64,000 nt of DNA from the human T2T-CHM13v2.0 reference genome, Homo sapiens. The stretch lies in the NCBI RefSeq assembly GCF_009914755.1, contig NC_060942.1. One strand, 5' to 3'. The notes under the pieces were generated by a model. The model was not told the DNA's origin and made no database searches. It saw only the letters and a program-made list of their open reading frames with translations. Made by a program: the position numbers and the translations under genes. The stretch's first letter is position 1; every line of letters starts with the position of its first letter. Shown here piece after piece: positions 1 to 15,049 of this stretch.

Positions 1-930
1 ACAAAAATTTTACCAGATACATAATTCTGAGTTGACTTTCTTTTCTTTTAGCACTTTAAATATATTAGCCTCCTGCCTTTTGGCATCCAGAATTTCTGAT
101 GAGTAATTTGCTGAGATTTATGTGATGAGCAACTTTTCTCTTGTGGCTTTCAAAATTGTCTCTTCATTTGTATCTTTTGAAATTCTGAGTTTTAATGTAG
201 GTCTCTGACTTTCTCAATCAGAGTTAGCTGAGCTTCTTAGATGTCCATATTAATCTTTTTCATCAAATGAGAAAATTTTGGGCCATGATTTCTTCAAGTA
301 ATTTCTCTGCTACTTTCTCTCTACAATGTTTTTTCTGGGACCCCCACAATGCAAGTATCAGTTAACTTGATGTTGTCTCACATGTCCCTTGACTCTGTAC
401 TCTTTACTCTTTTTCTTTCTGTTCCTCAGACTTCATAATTTTAACAACCCTTTCTTCAAGCTCTCTGGGTCGTGTTTCTGCCTATTCAAATCTGCCTTTA
501 ATCCTTCTAGTGAATTTTTCATTTCAGTTATTGTATTTTACAGCTGTAGTGTTCTTTTAAATTTTAGATTTTCTATATCTGTATTGATATTTTCATTTGC
601 TTTATACATTCTTTTTCTTGGTATCTTTGAAATGGTTGCTTCAAACTGAGAGACAGGACTAGCTAACCTACCTCAGTTCCTTACTGAGCTCCCCCATCTA
701 TGTTCAAGCTACTCCAGGAACACATGCACAACTCTCTGCCATAGCTAAAATGGACCCAAATTAACTAAAATGTGCAGCCTAAGCCTTTCAATGGAAATTG
801 AAATCCTTCAGTAGATTTCAGAGTTCCAAAATAGTTATATGAGGAGGATTCTGTCAGTGCCATTATTTAGGTGGGGAGACATATTCCCACTATCTCCAAG
901 ATGCTCTGCCATCACCTCGAAATTTCTGAT
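1..930 (-). mobile_element. Old L1M fragment (ORF1/5' region), continues beyond the left edge
   Basis: T-rich text typical of antisense L1 ORF1 (e.g. cttttagcactttaaatatattagcctcctgccttttggc; tctgcctattcaaatctgcctttaatccttctagtgaatttttcatttcag). Boundaries approximate. Confidence 0.6.
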
Positions 931-3479
931 ACTGACCCAGATCTTCCTCAAATATTTCTTACATGGATGATGGTGACTATTAAGGCACTATGGTATTTAT
1001 AGACCTTTGGAAACATTTAGGAGAATTGTGTGGCAATCTGATTTTTAAATGTCAAGATTCATGGCAGAAATTACAATCTTTTGTGACAATTAAAATTGTG
1101 ATGCAAAATTATAGACTGAATATAATCTATAAATATAATATAATCTTTAAAATATATAAGCAAGCAAGGTATAATCTTTTTCAAAGTTCTTTAGAGAGAA
1201 CTCAGGAAAAATGTTTACAGCCCACCGCACTTGAAAGCATAAGTTTTCACGCTTATTGTAAGTTTTTGTGCTTTTCCAGCATAAGAAAGCCCCTGTAGAT
1301 CATTTATAGGGATCACCCATATGCTCAGAAGTTGCCCAGATAAGGGAAGGGAGGCAAGACATAAGTAGATTTGGGACTTATTATCAGATATGAAAATATA
1401 AGTGGTGAGAAAGACAGTCAAAATAGTAACAATAACAACAAAAGTTGCTTTATAAAATTTGTGAATATAGTTTACTTTTCCTCCCAGCATTTTTGTGAGT
1501 CATGACCTATTTTTAGGTTATTAAATTTGAAACTGTTACTCTATTTGTCTAAAATATACTCAATGAATGCATAGGCATTCTTCTGCTTTACTGCAGAACG
1601 TTCCACGTATGAAATCAACTAGTAACATTGATAAATCTGTAATATCCAGCTATACCCCAAGGCATTGAGAATGGGATGTGACAATGGCTTAAGGGGGACG
1701 AAATAATGAACAATAACAAAACATATCCCCTGGGCTGGGGAAAATAAACCAAGAATTCTCTTTTAAAATGTTTATTTTTGGAATCCTTAAAAAACACTGG
1801 GTGTTTAGAATTATCTGCTTGCCCAAATATTTTCTCTAATTGTGGATCCTCTCTTTTCCTTCAGTTCCCAATAAAAAATTATAAAATACATTTATTCTGT
1901 CTCCCACTGATGAAAATTGAGCCCTTCAAAGTTTCCTTAGATTTTCATTAAGACTATTTTTGTAGAAATACTTTCATCAGGGATTCTGTAAATTAAATGA
2001 AGTGCCCGTGGTCTGTGCTATCTGGAAAGCCTCAAAATGGAGGCAGAAATACCTCTGTGTTGCTCCATTCAGTTCAAATCATTTTTTTCTCTCTAAATGA
2101 CCAACTTCTCACTGGAGACAGCTCTGAAAATACAGGAAATTTTGCTAATAGATATTAATTTAGCAAAGGTATTTTGAAGGTCACGGTGTTCAGTATATTT
2201 ACTAAATAATTCTTGGATTTGACCCCTGCAAATAAAAATATTTTATTAGAGAAACAAATTTTAACAGAATCATTTCATTGTTTAGAACAACAAAAAGTAG
2301 TTATTACTTATTGGCGTAATGAGCTACTTTTACTTGCCTATGTCCATAATTGTCGTTTTTCTGGTTATACTTGAGGAATCAAGCATCGATCTTTGAAAGG
2401 GTTTAGATCCATGAGCAAGAGGAGCAAAGGATAAAACCTAGTTTCTGAACTAAGGTAGGTTAGCTTTAAGCCTTATGTGCATGAAATGTGTTTTAATCAC
2501 TTCACATTGCTTTGCCCTCTCATTCTTGTCTCACCCACTGGTCATCTCCCCCACGTAGTCTCATGTGTACATTATTTTCAAACATTTAATCTTAAGTATG
2601 TTGATGCATTTAACAGCTAAAGACAATTAGACTTAATTTTATTTTATATTTAATACATTTTATATATTTTATTAATTTATTATGTGACTTTATACCAACA
2701 TTTCTAAAAATGATTAAAAACAGATACATTTATTGTTTTCTTCTAAACACTTTTGAGTATTAGCTGTGTGTCACAAGCCACATAATGATGCTAGGGTTTT
2801 AAAGATACAGCACGGACATTGACCTTTAAAATTTTACCTTTTAATGAACAAAATGAATAATTTTGTAACTATATAAAATAAGAGGAGTTTATAACATAAA
2901 ACAAAATATGTATTATTATACTCAGAAAATGGAGTGATGCATTTTGGTGTGCTACAGGAAATACTGACAGAAAAGAATGAAGGTGACGGTGATGATAATG
3001 CTGACACTAATAATACCTAGTCATGATGTAAAACTTAAAATATCTGGCCTTCTAATTCCTTTAAGCATATACAGTAAAACAATGCAATCAATTAAATGTA
3101 GATGCGACATCACATGTAATTGTCCTTGTCCTCCACTTGTAAATCTGTCCCCACTACAAACCTCAAGCCATTATTTTCTCCCCCTGTTGTATCAAAAGTG
3201 ACAGCCTAAAGTTCTTATCTTCTAAGGGAAGTGTGTAGGTAAATTCTGGAAATGAGTGATTCTATTGGGTGGGAACCTACGGTAGCTGTCATTCCAGAGC
3301 AGCCACTGTACACTGAGTCCTCCCCAAGCTGAGCTGAACGTGGTCTCTAGAATATGGCGAGTAGTCCTGGGACAGAAACAGAATTGGAGGAGCTCAGCTG
3401 AACCCACTGGTCTTCTGGGCAGCTGCCTGCATGGACCTCCCTGGTCATTCAGAAACCTCATCATAACGTCATTTCATAT

Positions 3480-3990
3480 ACTGCATTGTACTGAGGTTGT
3501 ATGTTATTATCTAATTTAATCCTCAGGGCAACCATCTGCAGTAGTCATCCATATTACCTTATTTATTTATTTATTTATTTATTTAGAGACAGAGTCTCGC
3601 TCTGTTGCCCAGGTTGGAGTGCAGTGGCACAATCTTGGCTCACTGCAATCTCTGCCTCCTGGATTCAAGTGATTCTCCTGCCTCAGCCTCGTGAGTAGCT
3701 GGGATTACAGGCCCACACCACCAGGCCCAGCTATTTTGTGTATTTTCAGTATTGACAGGGTTTCACCATTTTGGCCAGGCTGGTCTCAAACTCCTGACCT
3801 CAGGTGATCTGCCTGCTTCGGCCTCCCCAAGTGCTAGGATTACCAGTGTGAGGAACCGCGCCTGGCCAACCTCTTCTATTTTTACATAGAAAGAAATACA
3901 GGCACAGCAAGTTGAATCAGTTGCTCAAGATAAAGTAGTGATTCTATGGCAAAGCAGGGTTTGGAATTCATACTTTTTAGCTTTGCTCTT
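3480..3990 (-). mobile_element. MIR SINE split by an Alu insertion
   Basis: MIR-like halves flank the Alu: ttatctaatttaatcctcag... on the left and tttttacatagaaagaaatacaggcacagcaagttgaatcagttgctcaagat... on the right. Confidence 0.55.
3559..3867 (-). mobile_element. AluS element with (TTTA)n tail
   Basis: Full dimer in reverse: gagacagagtctcgctctgttgcccagg ... gacctcaggtgatctgcc ... cgcgcctggcc. Confidence 0.95.
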
Positions 3991-4324
3991 CAGTGACTAT
4001 GAAGATGATCTTGTAAATTAAAATATAAAGAAAAAAGTAGGGGCAGTTATATGTGAAATAAGCTATGGGCCATAAGAAAAAAAATTATCTAATTGTTCCT
4101 TTAATACAAATCCAGACTGATAATTTTTACAAATTCAAACTCACAATCCATCTCATGATGTAGATGTAAAGCAGAGGTGTCAGGAAAATTAAATTGTGAA
4201 TTTTAAAGGCAGGACTTTTATCAGTATGCTTTAAGATCCATAGGTATCATAATATTTAAGATACCACACGATATGAAGAAGTACCAGAAATTGTTTAAAA
4301 TTAAACGTAACATTAAGAATCTCA

Positions 4325-4660
<336 letters not shown>

Positions 4661-5908
4661 TCACGGATATGGAAACATACTGAGATTTTCCTTTTATGCA
4701 GTAATTGGGAAATCTCATACTTTCATGACCATTTGGCTTTTCCACTTACTAAATGCTGTGCTGAGGATGACTGAACACTGGCCTGAGAGCCAAGAAACAG
4801 ATCATCCAAAGGGAGATTAATAATTGACTCACCGGAACAATATCCCAGATTCAACACCTGGTTGTATTACACTGCGGTGTGTCCTTCTTGACTACTCTCC
4901 TAGGTCAGCACTCCAAAAAAGACCATAAAAGAGGCAGCTGCCAAAAGGAAGCTGGGGTGGACTAGGCTGGCAGTCTGACCTGAGAGAATCGAAAGCTTTA
5001 GCACCATTGGAGAAATTCATCATTAATCACTGAATCAGGTAAAGGAAAAATTTAAATTTGGAGGCCTTCCCCACTTTCTACCCTCTCCAGCCCGGACTTT
5101 AAAAGGAAAGCACCACAAAAGGGAGCACTAAAAAGGGTGGAATAAGGAAATTCAGAAAATCAAGAGAAAGAAGCAGCAGAAATCTAGGTCTCTTTGTGCA
5201 GCATTTTCCTTGACATCAGTAACTGGGGCAGCAGCCTGCTGATTCTCATGCCGAAATGATTATGAGGACTCCCTTTTATTTTGAGGTTTAAGGATCTAAG
5301 GAAATTATCTTTTTTATAAACCTTTGTTCTTTTTTTCTCCCCTAGTCAAAAAAAACAAAAATATGATTTTACACAAATTACTTTGAAAATCATCCTCTTT
5401 CTAATTAAAACAGACAAAAATAATCATTTCCCAGACTCCAAGATTCTTCTGATTAATTTTGAAAGCACCAGAGTACTAACTTTTCAGGGGACAAAGCATA
5501 TTTGAAATGTTTTAAAAAAGCGCACTTACACTGTAGAATGAACTTTGGCCTGATGTGGGACCTGTGGAGAATACTTCAGATGGCTCATAATACTGCCATA
5601 ACTTCGTTTTAAAGGAAACCTCTTCACTGACACTTCCTATCACTCCTTACAGAGCTGAGAGAAGATGATACGAAGGTAACATGATAAGCTTGCCGATATC
5701 TTGGAGGTCACTTTGTCCAAGCTCTGCACTTTACCCTGATGAAGTGAGGGTAAAGGGCTTCTCCTAACAGCATGTAGCTAGTAAGTACAGAGCTGCTAAT
5801 TCTGCTGTTCAGATTTCAAGTACCATTTGTTATTTCCAAACTGCCTCTTTGAGAGAATGAGGAAGCACGTAGGATACTATATGGACCCAAAGTTTCACAC
5901 AATCTTGC

Positions 5909-6278
5909 TGTTTTAGTCCATTCTCACACTGAACTACCTGAACCTGGGTAATTTATGAAGAAAAGAGACTTAATTGATTCACAGTTCTGCAAGATGTACA
6001 GGAAGCATGGCTGGGAGGCCTCACGAAACTTACAATCATGGTGGAAGGTGAAGGGGAAGGAAGCATGTCTTACCATGGCGGAGCAGGAGAGAGAGGGAAA
6101 AAGGAAGTGCTAAGACTTTTAAACAACCATATCTTGTGAAAACTCACTCAGCATCATGAGAACAGCAAGGGGGAAGTCTTCCCCTATGATCCAATCACCT
6201 CCCACCAGGTCCCTCCCACAACACTGGGGCTTACAAATCAACATGAGATTTGGGTGGGGACACAGCCAAATCGTGGCA
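5909..6278 (-). mobile_element. MaLR solo LTR, MSTA-like
   Basis: TG...CA termini, near-perfect 5-bp TSD cttgc/cttgt, diagnostic gagatttgggtggggacacagccaaa and aaacttacaatcatggtggaaggtgaagggg. Confidence 0.9.
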
Positions 6279-7939
6279 CTTGTTTTCTCACTTGTCAAAA
6301 AGGTCATTTATAATTTTCAAAAAATGTCACAAGTGGATAAGACAGTTGTATATAGTGAAGAGACAGACATACTCAATTAGAATATAAACTAAGTAATAAA
6401 ATGATCTTTATTTGAAATAATACTTAAAAAAACACAAGTAAACACATATCATAAAATTCCCACAACAACCTCATAACAAATGCCATCAATCTACATTGCC
6501 TGTAATAGTTCAAAGAGGAAAATTGTTTAAATAACTTTCCCCAAATCATGACATACTACAGGGAAAAGTCAACGTTTTAAATATCATCTAATGCTAAATC
6601 CACCATAATTTCTACCACTACGTTTACTTCTATCTGCTATGCTCATTTTAAGCAAGAACTGTTCATGTAAACCACTGATGAAAGAATTAAAATGCACATT
6701 TTAAGGTAGTTTAAAATACACTTTAAAAATGAATATAACTCTTAAAAGCAGTGAGAAATAATCTTCTACAAAATTGCAAAAAAAATTATACCAAATAAGA
6801 ACACCTTATCGCTTGCCCATTCCTGACCACTTTATATTTGATTCTGTTTATGTCCATGAAATTTGCTTATTTTTATCCTAAGTATATCAAGTAATTTTAT
6901 TAAGAAACTCATTTAAAAAGTGTACATACAACTTTTGTTTTCATTTTTTGCCTACTGGTGGTTTTACTTAAAAGTTTAAGAAAATATTATATACTTAGAA
7001 ATTTATATATCTATCAGAATTTTTAATTTGAAAGATTGCATGATACAGTAAAATAATTAATTCAAAAAGCCTTTCTACAGTACAATGAAAATTCAAGAAG
7101 CACAATTTTATTCCAAATCTAAATGCCATAAAGTAATGTCTTATGATTCTAGTATAATATTTATCAGTTTTCTAGGTTAAGACAAATTCATTTCTCTTAT
7201 AAGCCATAATAAAATTTAAGATTAGTGTAAAATAAAAATAAATTTTCCTTACTTGCTTAATAAATGAAAAAGTGAGCCATCAGGAGATTAAAACCAAAAT
7301 AAGTAAAAACATTCCTAAAGCTTTCAGATTTGATTGACAGTACTGCCCAAAATAGCATATGATATCTCCTGAAGAATATTATTACATATTGATGACATTT
7401 CAAGTTACTAGCGAAATTGAAACACACACATTTCTGAAGGGATTTTTATCTGAAAAGAAAAAGAATGGATAAAAATGACCCATACAGTAATTAAAGCTCT
7501 AAGACACATTGGGCCTTTAATATTTTCCCTTTCCAAAGAAAAACTCATAGTATCACAGAGAATATAACATATGTGAGTAAATAAAATAACTGGATTTAAA
7601 CCAAAGAATCACTTGTCTGCAATTGAAATATTTTTACTTGAAAAATTATTATATTTACTAATAAATGAAAAATATTTCCTGATTCCAAATGAGTAACACC
7701 AACATTTTAATGTTCAAACTTAGGTTTAAAACTAATATATTTTCTTTACAATGGATGGGAGATGGGCCTTGGAGAAAATAGCAGCAGGGTTGGGTCTGTT
7801 ACCTTTTTTTTGTTGTTGTTGTAGTTATCTTAACATTTATTAGTATTAAGTTATTTCATGCAATAATATCTGATCATGTTTGCATTATTATCTGAAAACC
7901 AAATTCATTCACCCTTTTTTTCTCAAGTAACTACCTAAG

Positions 7940-8358
7940 TTTCTTTTTTTTTTTCTTTTATTATTATTATACTTTAAGTTTTAGGGTACATGTGCACAAT
8001 GTGCAGGTTAGTTACAAATGTATACATGGGCCATGCTGGTGTGCTACACCCATTAACTCGTCATTTAGCATTAGGTATTTCTCCTAATGCTATCCCTCCC
8101 CCCTCCCCCCACCCCACAACAGTCCCCAGAGTGTGATGTTCCCCTTCCTGTGTCCATGTGTTCTCATTGTTCAATTCCCACCTATGAGTGAGAATATGCG
8201 GTGTTTGGTTTTTTGTTCTTGTGATAGTTTACTGAGAATGATGATTTCCAATTTCATCCATGTCCCTACAAAGGACATGAACTCATTATTTTTTATGGCT
8301 GCATAGTATTCCATGGTATATATGTGCCACATTTTCTTAATCCAGTCTATCATTGTTG
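7940..8358 (-). mobile_element. Young L1PA (PA2/PA3-like) 3' end, 5'-truncated to ~420 bp
   Basis: Poly(T) followed by ttattatactttaagttttagggtacatgtgcac; ORF 8171-8353 is the L1 ORF2p C-terminus ([18 protein letters not shown]...LIGGN). Confidence 0.95.
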
Positions 8359-8364
8359 TTACTT

Positions 8365-8840
8365 TTCGAAAATAGCTTTGTTGAGTGATATTTTACGTGA
8401 AATAACATTAACCCATTGTAAATATAAAATTCAAAGATTTTTAGCAAATGTAGAGTTGTGCAACCATCACAATTTTGTTTTAAAACATTTCCATCACTGC
8501 CAAAGCTGCTTTCATTTCCATTTATGGGTAATTTCTGCTTTCAGCTTCATGATTAGACAGTTGATGACTGGCTTTCTGTATCTCTGAATTTGGCTTCTCT
8601 TGAGATTCCATTTAAATTGAATTGTATAAGATGTAGTCTTTTGTGTTGGCCTTCTGTTACTTAATTTAGAGTAAAGACTTTGAGGTTCATCCACATAATG
8701 TATCAATAGTTTGTTCCCACTTACAGCTGAATAGAATTCTGTTATCTGGCTATGCCATCTTTTTTTTTATCCATTCACTTGTAGATGGAATTTGGGCTTA
8801 TTCTAGTTTGGGCATATTAGATATAAAGCTGCTATGATCC
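8365..8840 (-). mobile_element. Old L1M (MB/MC-type) 3' end
   Basis: agctttgttgag...tagagttgtgcaaccatcac...ttgaggttcatccac...atccattcact match the antisense L1M 3' UTR/ORF2 end. Confidence 0.7.
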
Positions 8841-8848
8841 TATGATCC

Positions 8849-9062
8849 TTTTTTTTTTTTTTTTTTTGATGGAGTCTCGCTCTGTCACCCAGGCTGTAGT
8901 GCAATGGTGCGATCTTGGCTCAATGCAACCTCCACCTTCCAGGTTCAAGTGAATCTCCTGCCTCAGCCTTCCGAGTAGCTGAGATTACAAGCGTCTGCCA
9001 CCACACCCAGCTAATTTTTATATTTTTAGTAGAGATGGGGTTTCACCATGTTGGTCAGGCTG
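8849..9062 (-). mobile_element. 5'-truncated AluS
   Basis: Poly(T), right arm and part of left arm, ending at ggtcaggctg; TSD t(a/g)tgatcctttt. Confidence 0.9.
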
Positions 9063-9569
9063 CTTGTGATCCTTTTTATACAAATATTTTTGTGGACAAA
9101 TGTAACATTCCTAGAGTAGATTTTTAAGGAGGGTATAGAATAATTTCAACGAAGTTCAATTTATCACTTTTTTCTTTTATTCAACTTATCTCACTCAATA
9201 CTTTTCTACTCAGGTTTTCTATTTCTTCTTGAGTCAGTTTTGACAAATTGCATAATCTATATTATTTTTTGACATACATTTGCACATAATTTCTCTCATC
9301 ATTTTAATTTCTGGAGAATTGGTAGAGATGTATACTCTGTTTTTTTCTAACTTTAGTAATCTGTCTCTTCTTTCTTTTTCTTTCTTTTATTTCTTGGAGA
9401 CTCTGGCTAGGATTTATATATTTTACAGCTGTTTTACCATACTCATTTTTGTTGTTAAATTTTTAATTTGCTTACTTATTTTCTATTTCCACACTTTCTG
9501 TACAAATGTTTACAATTTTAATTATACTTCCTTATTGGTGTTTTCCCCCTAGTTTTCTCCTGCCAACAA

Positions 9570-10360
9570 ACTGAATAGTATTAATGGATTCAGCAAGTTC
9601 CTGCATATAATATACACAGAAGACAATCACTGTAATGAAATCAAAATACCAATTTTAATAGAAACAAACAAAACCTAGAAAGTACATATTTAATAAAATA
9701 TGCATAAAATTTAGAAAAAGTAAGAATGTCACTTTATTAAAATTTATTAAAATCTACATATCAATGCTGATTTAATACATACAGACTCTAACTACATAAG
9801 GGCCTTATTTTCAAATCTGTGTGTAAATGAATGTCAAGTCAGTCACAACCCTATAGGGATTTCCATGGATCTTTTGAAGTTTGTTTAAAATTCTTCTGGA
9901 AGGATAAGTAGCAAAGAAAAGCTAAAAAGAAGACAAAACTGAGGAGAAGCAACAGGTGATGAAATGTTGATCTAAAAAAACTAAGAATCAAGGAATAATA
10001 AAGCTACACTAACCAAACAGCACAGCGTTGGCCCAACTGTCAACAAGCAATGAATCGAATGTCGAGCTGAAAGAGATCCTCATTGTAATTGAAGTGATAG
10101 TATTAGGATAACATATCAGTGAGAAAAGATTTAACCATTTTATTACTAATGCTGCTATACTAGACAATCTATATTTAATAAAACTAGAATTACCTCTCAT
10201 CCCTTCATTGTCATCAATTCCAAGGAGATTCAAATCCTCAATATCAAAAGTAACACATGTATATTGTAATATAATGTTGAGAAATATATTCAGGACCATG
10301 CACTGGGAAAGGGTTTTATTCATGGGACTTAAAAGGACACAAAAGTAAACAGTTAGTATA
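9570..10360 (+). mobile_element. Highly decayed L1M ORF2 fragment
   Basis: A-rich; atggattcagcaagttcctgcatataatatacac resembles the L1 RT-region motif, with later blocks in ORF2 order. Confidence 0.5.
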
Positions 10361-10689
10361 TTGCTGGAATGCAATACTTTTAGTTTTCCTATTTGTAAAC
10401 ACCCCTAATTTAATAGCAGAATCAGTTGGAGGTTGAGAGAATATTGTGATATAATACAAAATGCTTGGAAACTCAAAAAATCTGTCTTTATTGCATTGCT
10501 TCTTTACTGCTAAAATGTTCGTATTTTAGAGGTAAATACGTTTCTATAAAGAGGTGTATTGGCTTTCTTCATATCTCAAAATGAATCAAGGTACTGAAAA
10601 ATAATGAAATGGTTCCTTTTCTCTTGACCTGTCTTATGTGTCCAGCATTTTCTTCAGTGTTTCATTAGATCATATAACATTTTTAATAT

Positions 10690-10930
10690 TTGTTTTTTTA
10701 TTTTATGGATACATAATAGTTGTACGTATTTATGGGGTACATGTGATACTTTGATACCAGCATACAATGTATAATGATCAAAGTGAGTGACTGGGATATT
10801 CATCACTTTAAATATTTATTATTTCTTTACATTAAGGACATTCCAATTTGACTCATCTAGTTATTTTGAAATATACAACAAATTGTTGATAACCATAATC
10901 TCCCTATTGTACTACCAAAAACTAGACCCT
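10690..10930 (-). mobile_element. L1MA-type 3' end fragment
   Basis: atacataatagttgtacgtatttatggggtacatgtgata...catacaatgtataatgatcaaa is the L1MA 3' terminus in reverse. Confidence 0.8.
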
Positions 10931-11116
10931 GTGTCTTTTGATGAGTGTGATGATAATATTGACAATAAATTTGTGTGTATGTATATATACATATATATGT
11001 ATGTATGTATATATATTTATCAATCTAGTCTGAGAGTAACTAGGTGTTGCATCATGGCAAATACACCAGTTTTGTGAGTAATGACTGAACAATTGATAAT
11101 CAATTATCAAGTCTGA

Positions 11117-11423
<307 letters not shown>

Positions 11424-12539
11424 AAGTGGAAGATATTTTAAAAATCTTTTCAAAAGAGATATTCAAATAAGAAATAAATCTTTTAGGCACAATATGTGTA
11501 ACATAGATACTGCGTTAAAATAAGCCCTTCTATATTGATATTCAAATGCACATAAGTTACACTGGGAAAGTGTTTAGCAGTTAGAAAGTGATTCAAACTC
11601 TTACACTGTGTTTCCAAGCTTACTTGTAAACAGCAGAAAACATGTATTGTCTTTTTGAATACTCAGTTTATACTCATTCTCAAAGTTTGCATTACTTTAA
11701 CTACTACCCTCTTAGGGAGTCACTGCATTAAATAATCTATAATAACTTGAAACAGCTGAGAAGGATCTCAGAAAATTTCTAATTTCGGAAAAGAGATCTA
11801 TCTATAATTATAGCCTTCTCACTATATACCCTGACAATGCCATCTTGTTTATTTCCAAAGCGAAAAATGTATGTTTTGAGACTTCTGACAAGTGCAGCCA
11901 TATCCTATGGGTGTTTGCAAATAGAAAATTATTAAAGCAATTCAAGAATAGCTAGCAAGCTTCAGATTCTACAGATTGTCAGAATAGGCAAATCCATTTC
12001 TATAGACATCTTAATGTATGTGCTTAGAGGAAGATTAATATTTAAATTCCAAAACTCACTCGTACTGCAATGAGGTATGAACACATTAACTGTGCCCTAG
12101 TAGACCCTTGGGGCAGACTGGAATACATATTAATGCCACCATGATGATACCAACCTTGATAATTTTTTAATTTGAGATGTATTTCTGATTAAAAGGAAAA
12201 AAAAATCAGCCAAAGGATTTATACCTGTCATCTAGAAGAAAGAGGAGGGCAAAATAGGAGAGATTGCTTCCATCTTTTCTGTTTAGGTAAATCAATATTG
12301 CAACAAAAGGAAACTCCACTGCTGTAGAGACAAGGACAAAAGAGCCACACATTTTCTGCTTTATACAATTTCGAGAATATTATTCTAGTTCAGTAAAACC
12401 CCATAAAAAGTTTTGGTTTGCTTTCTTGTTTATATTTCATTTGTCATCATCTTTCCTTAAAGCTACTTTAGAACATTTTTACAAAAACTGTGCATATTCA
12501 CATGCTATGTTGTATTTGTTGAGTAAGAAGTAACATATA

Positions 12540-12965
12540 CAGATGGTGGCCCCCAAAATATGTGTTTACATCCTAATCCCAAGAACCTGTAAATATTACC
12601 CTATTTGGCAAAATATGTGATTAAATTAGGAATTTTGAGAGGAGACCCATATCCTTGGTGATCCAGATAGGCTCTAAATTTAAGGACAAGTGAGACTGAA
12701 TGAGATTTGAACTGCAGAGGAGAAGGTGAGGTATAGATAGGGACGGAAACTGGAGTGATGTGGCCACAAGCCAAGGAAATCAGCAGCCCCAGAAGCCAAA
12801 AAGGACAGAAACAGATTCTCCCCTAGAAACCCTATAGGGATTACTGCCCTTCTGAAAACCTGATTTCAGATTCCAGGCTCCAGAATTAGAAGATAATAAA
12901 CTTCAGTTGTTTTAAGCCGCAAGTTTACGGTGTTTTATCTAAGGCAGCCCTAGGAAATTAATACT
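12540..12965 (+). mobile_element. MLT1 (C/D-like) MaLR LTR
   Basis: tcctaatcccaagaacctgtaaatattaccctatttggcaaaa; gccacaagccaaggaa; acagattctcccctaga; gcagccctaggaaattaatac. Confidence 0.85.
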
Positions 12966-15049
12966 GTAGCTAAGGAAAGTTAATATATTTCCTAATACTA
13001 GAAAATAAATAATTGTTAAAATGTCTGAGAGATTAAATTATTTGCAAGCACATATTCAGCAATGTGGTTTGTAACATAAACACAAGCAATACATTTTTGG
13101 AGACACAACTATGTTCTCTTTCCACATGGCAAAGGAAAAATATCAGAATTATTTTATATCCTTTTAAGAGTTCTACAACCAGGTTCAGGATTGGGATTTG
13201 TAATATGTAATAATTTGCACTCGTTCCCATATACCAAAATATTTCCATCAGGCTGGTGCAGTATGCTTGGTAGAGTTAGTTGTCAATATGTTTTCTCTAG
13301 TAAAATAATTAATGCACTGGAAGGAAACATCCTGTAACAAGCCGTATGGAAATACCTTTCCTGGTTGCCTTCAGTTCTTCTTGTGGGAGTGAAAATCTTA
13401 TGTTCAGATTTGTTTGTTACATTGTAGCAGTTCCAGTGGGCTAAGCCATCCTAATTTGTTATTCTATGTAAGGATATGAGGCTCTTCCTTTTTTCCTAAG
13501 AGAAAGTATAGGGAGTGTCAAGCAAAACTTGCAGACAGTTTTGTAAGAAAAAGAATACATCTCTCAGAGCATCTGGATACTAAATAAAAGAACACACAAA
13601 TCGTTTGTAATTCCCTAAAAATATAAAAACATTCGTATACATTTAGACTCTAGCTTCTTGTCATTTTTGTCATTTATTTTTTCCCTTAATATGTACTTCC
13701 TAGAAACCTTTTCCAATGCTATGGCAATGATAATATCTATATAAAATGTTATATGTTTTATTGGGAAAAGTATTTCCACTTATTTTAAATCATAATAATT
13801 CACTTTCTAATTTGCTGATTGTATCTTGACACTAAGTAAAACATACAAATTTGAAGATCTTTATATTGTATGCATTTTTTTCTTACACACCTTAGGAAAG
13901 TGCTGGTCTTAATAAGATGCTCAATAATAAATATTTGAATAACTTCTGAAAGAATAGTCCACTTTATATAAGATTATCTAACCGACCTTACTATTACTAC
14001 TATATTTTTATTTTATGTAAATCATTGCAGATATCTGTATTATTTGATACAGTAAGATAAATGCACACAAAAGCATATGAATTTTGAAACAAACTACAAT
14101 TAATGAGACACAGGCCCTACCTTAACAATGTTATTATTAATATAAATATAATATTAATGTAAATGTCAATATTAATATAAATAAATAAATAAATAAAATA
14201 TCTGCTAATATTTAACAGAATAAAATTTTCTCTATGGTGAAGTACAATATAATACTAATTACCAGCAATATGATATATACTTTCAGGATAATCAGGAGAG
14301 CTATATTTGTATTTGTATTTAGCAGGAAGATTACAATAATATTTTCTGAGAAACACTATGGCAATACAATGAATATACCAAGATCAGTAAACTACTGAAC
14401 CACTCCATAAAATATTGATTTCTGTTTGTATTTCAGCATCTTCTCTTTTTTTTTTTTTTTGTAAAGTAATAAGGAGAGAAGAGGATGCATTATTACCAAG
14501 CTTTTGGAAGATCTATGTTGCTCACAATTGTTTAGCATATATAGGTTGAGATCATTTGATCTTAGACCAAGACACATTTTCAAATTGTGTGAAAAGCATG
14601 GGGCTTTATATTGTCTCATGTATTGGTTTATTCTTAAAAATTCTCTTAAAATAATGTGTCAATTATTAACTCATCATAAAAAATGTTAATGCTGGATGTA
14701 ACCACAAAGACAATCCATAATTCTTGAATTGCTTTCACGGGTCTATTGTTGTTGTTGTTGTTACTAAATTACGAGGAAAACAACTCACCTTTTGGTAACT
14801 GATTTAGGCACAAATTGTAATGATCATTGGATATTTAAACAGAAAGCCAAAGATAAAAAGGTAAACCAAAAGGATTATCTCTGTCACTTGTACTTGTGCT
14901 AGGTAACTGGGAAGAATGGCGTTGCTTCTCATATACTTTCTTCAAGACTGTCTAGAAACAATACGGAATTTAGAATGTGCTTTTAATACCCCATTGTCAT
15001 CTGGCTCTCTGATAGATGATTCAGGGAAGACAAATGAAAATAAAATACC

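Noticed and set aside
13250-13310. Y RNA pseudogene (starts ggctggt)
   Set aside because: Similarity ends after ~7 nt; no closing stem or T-run terminator.
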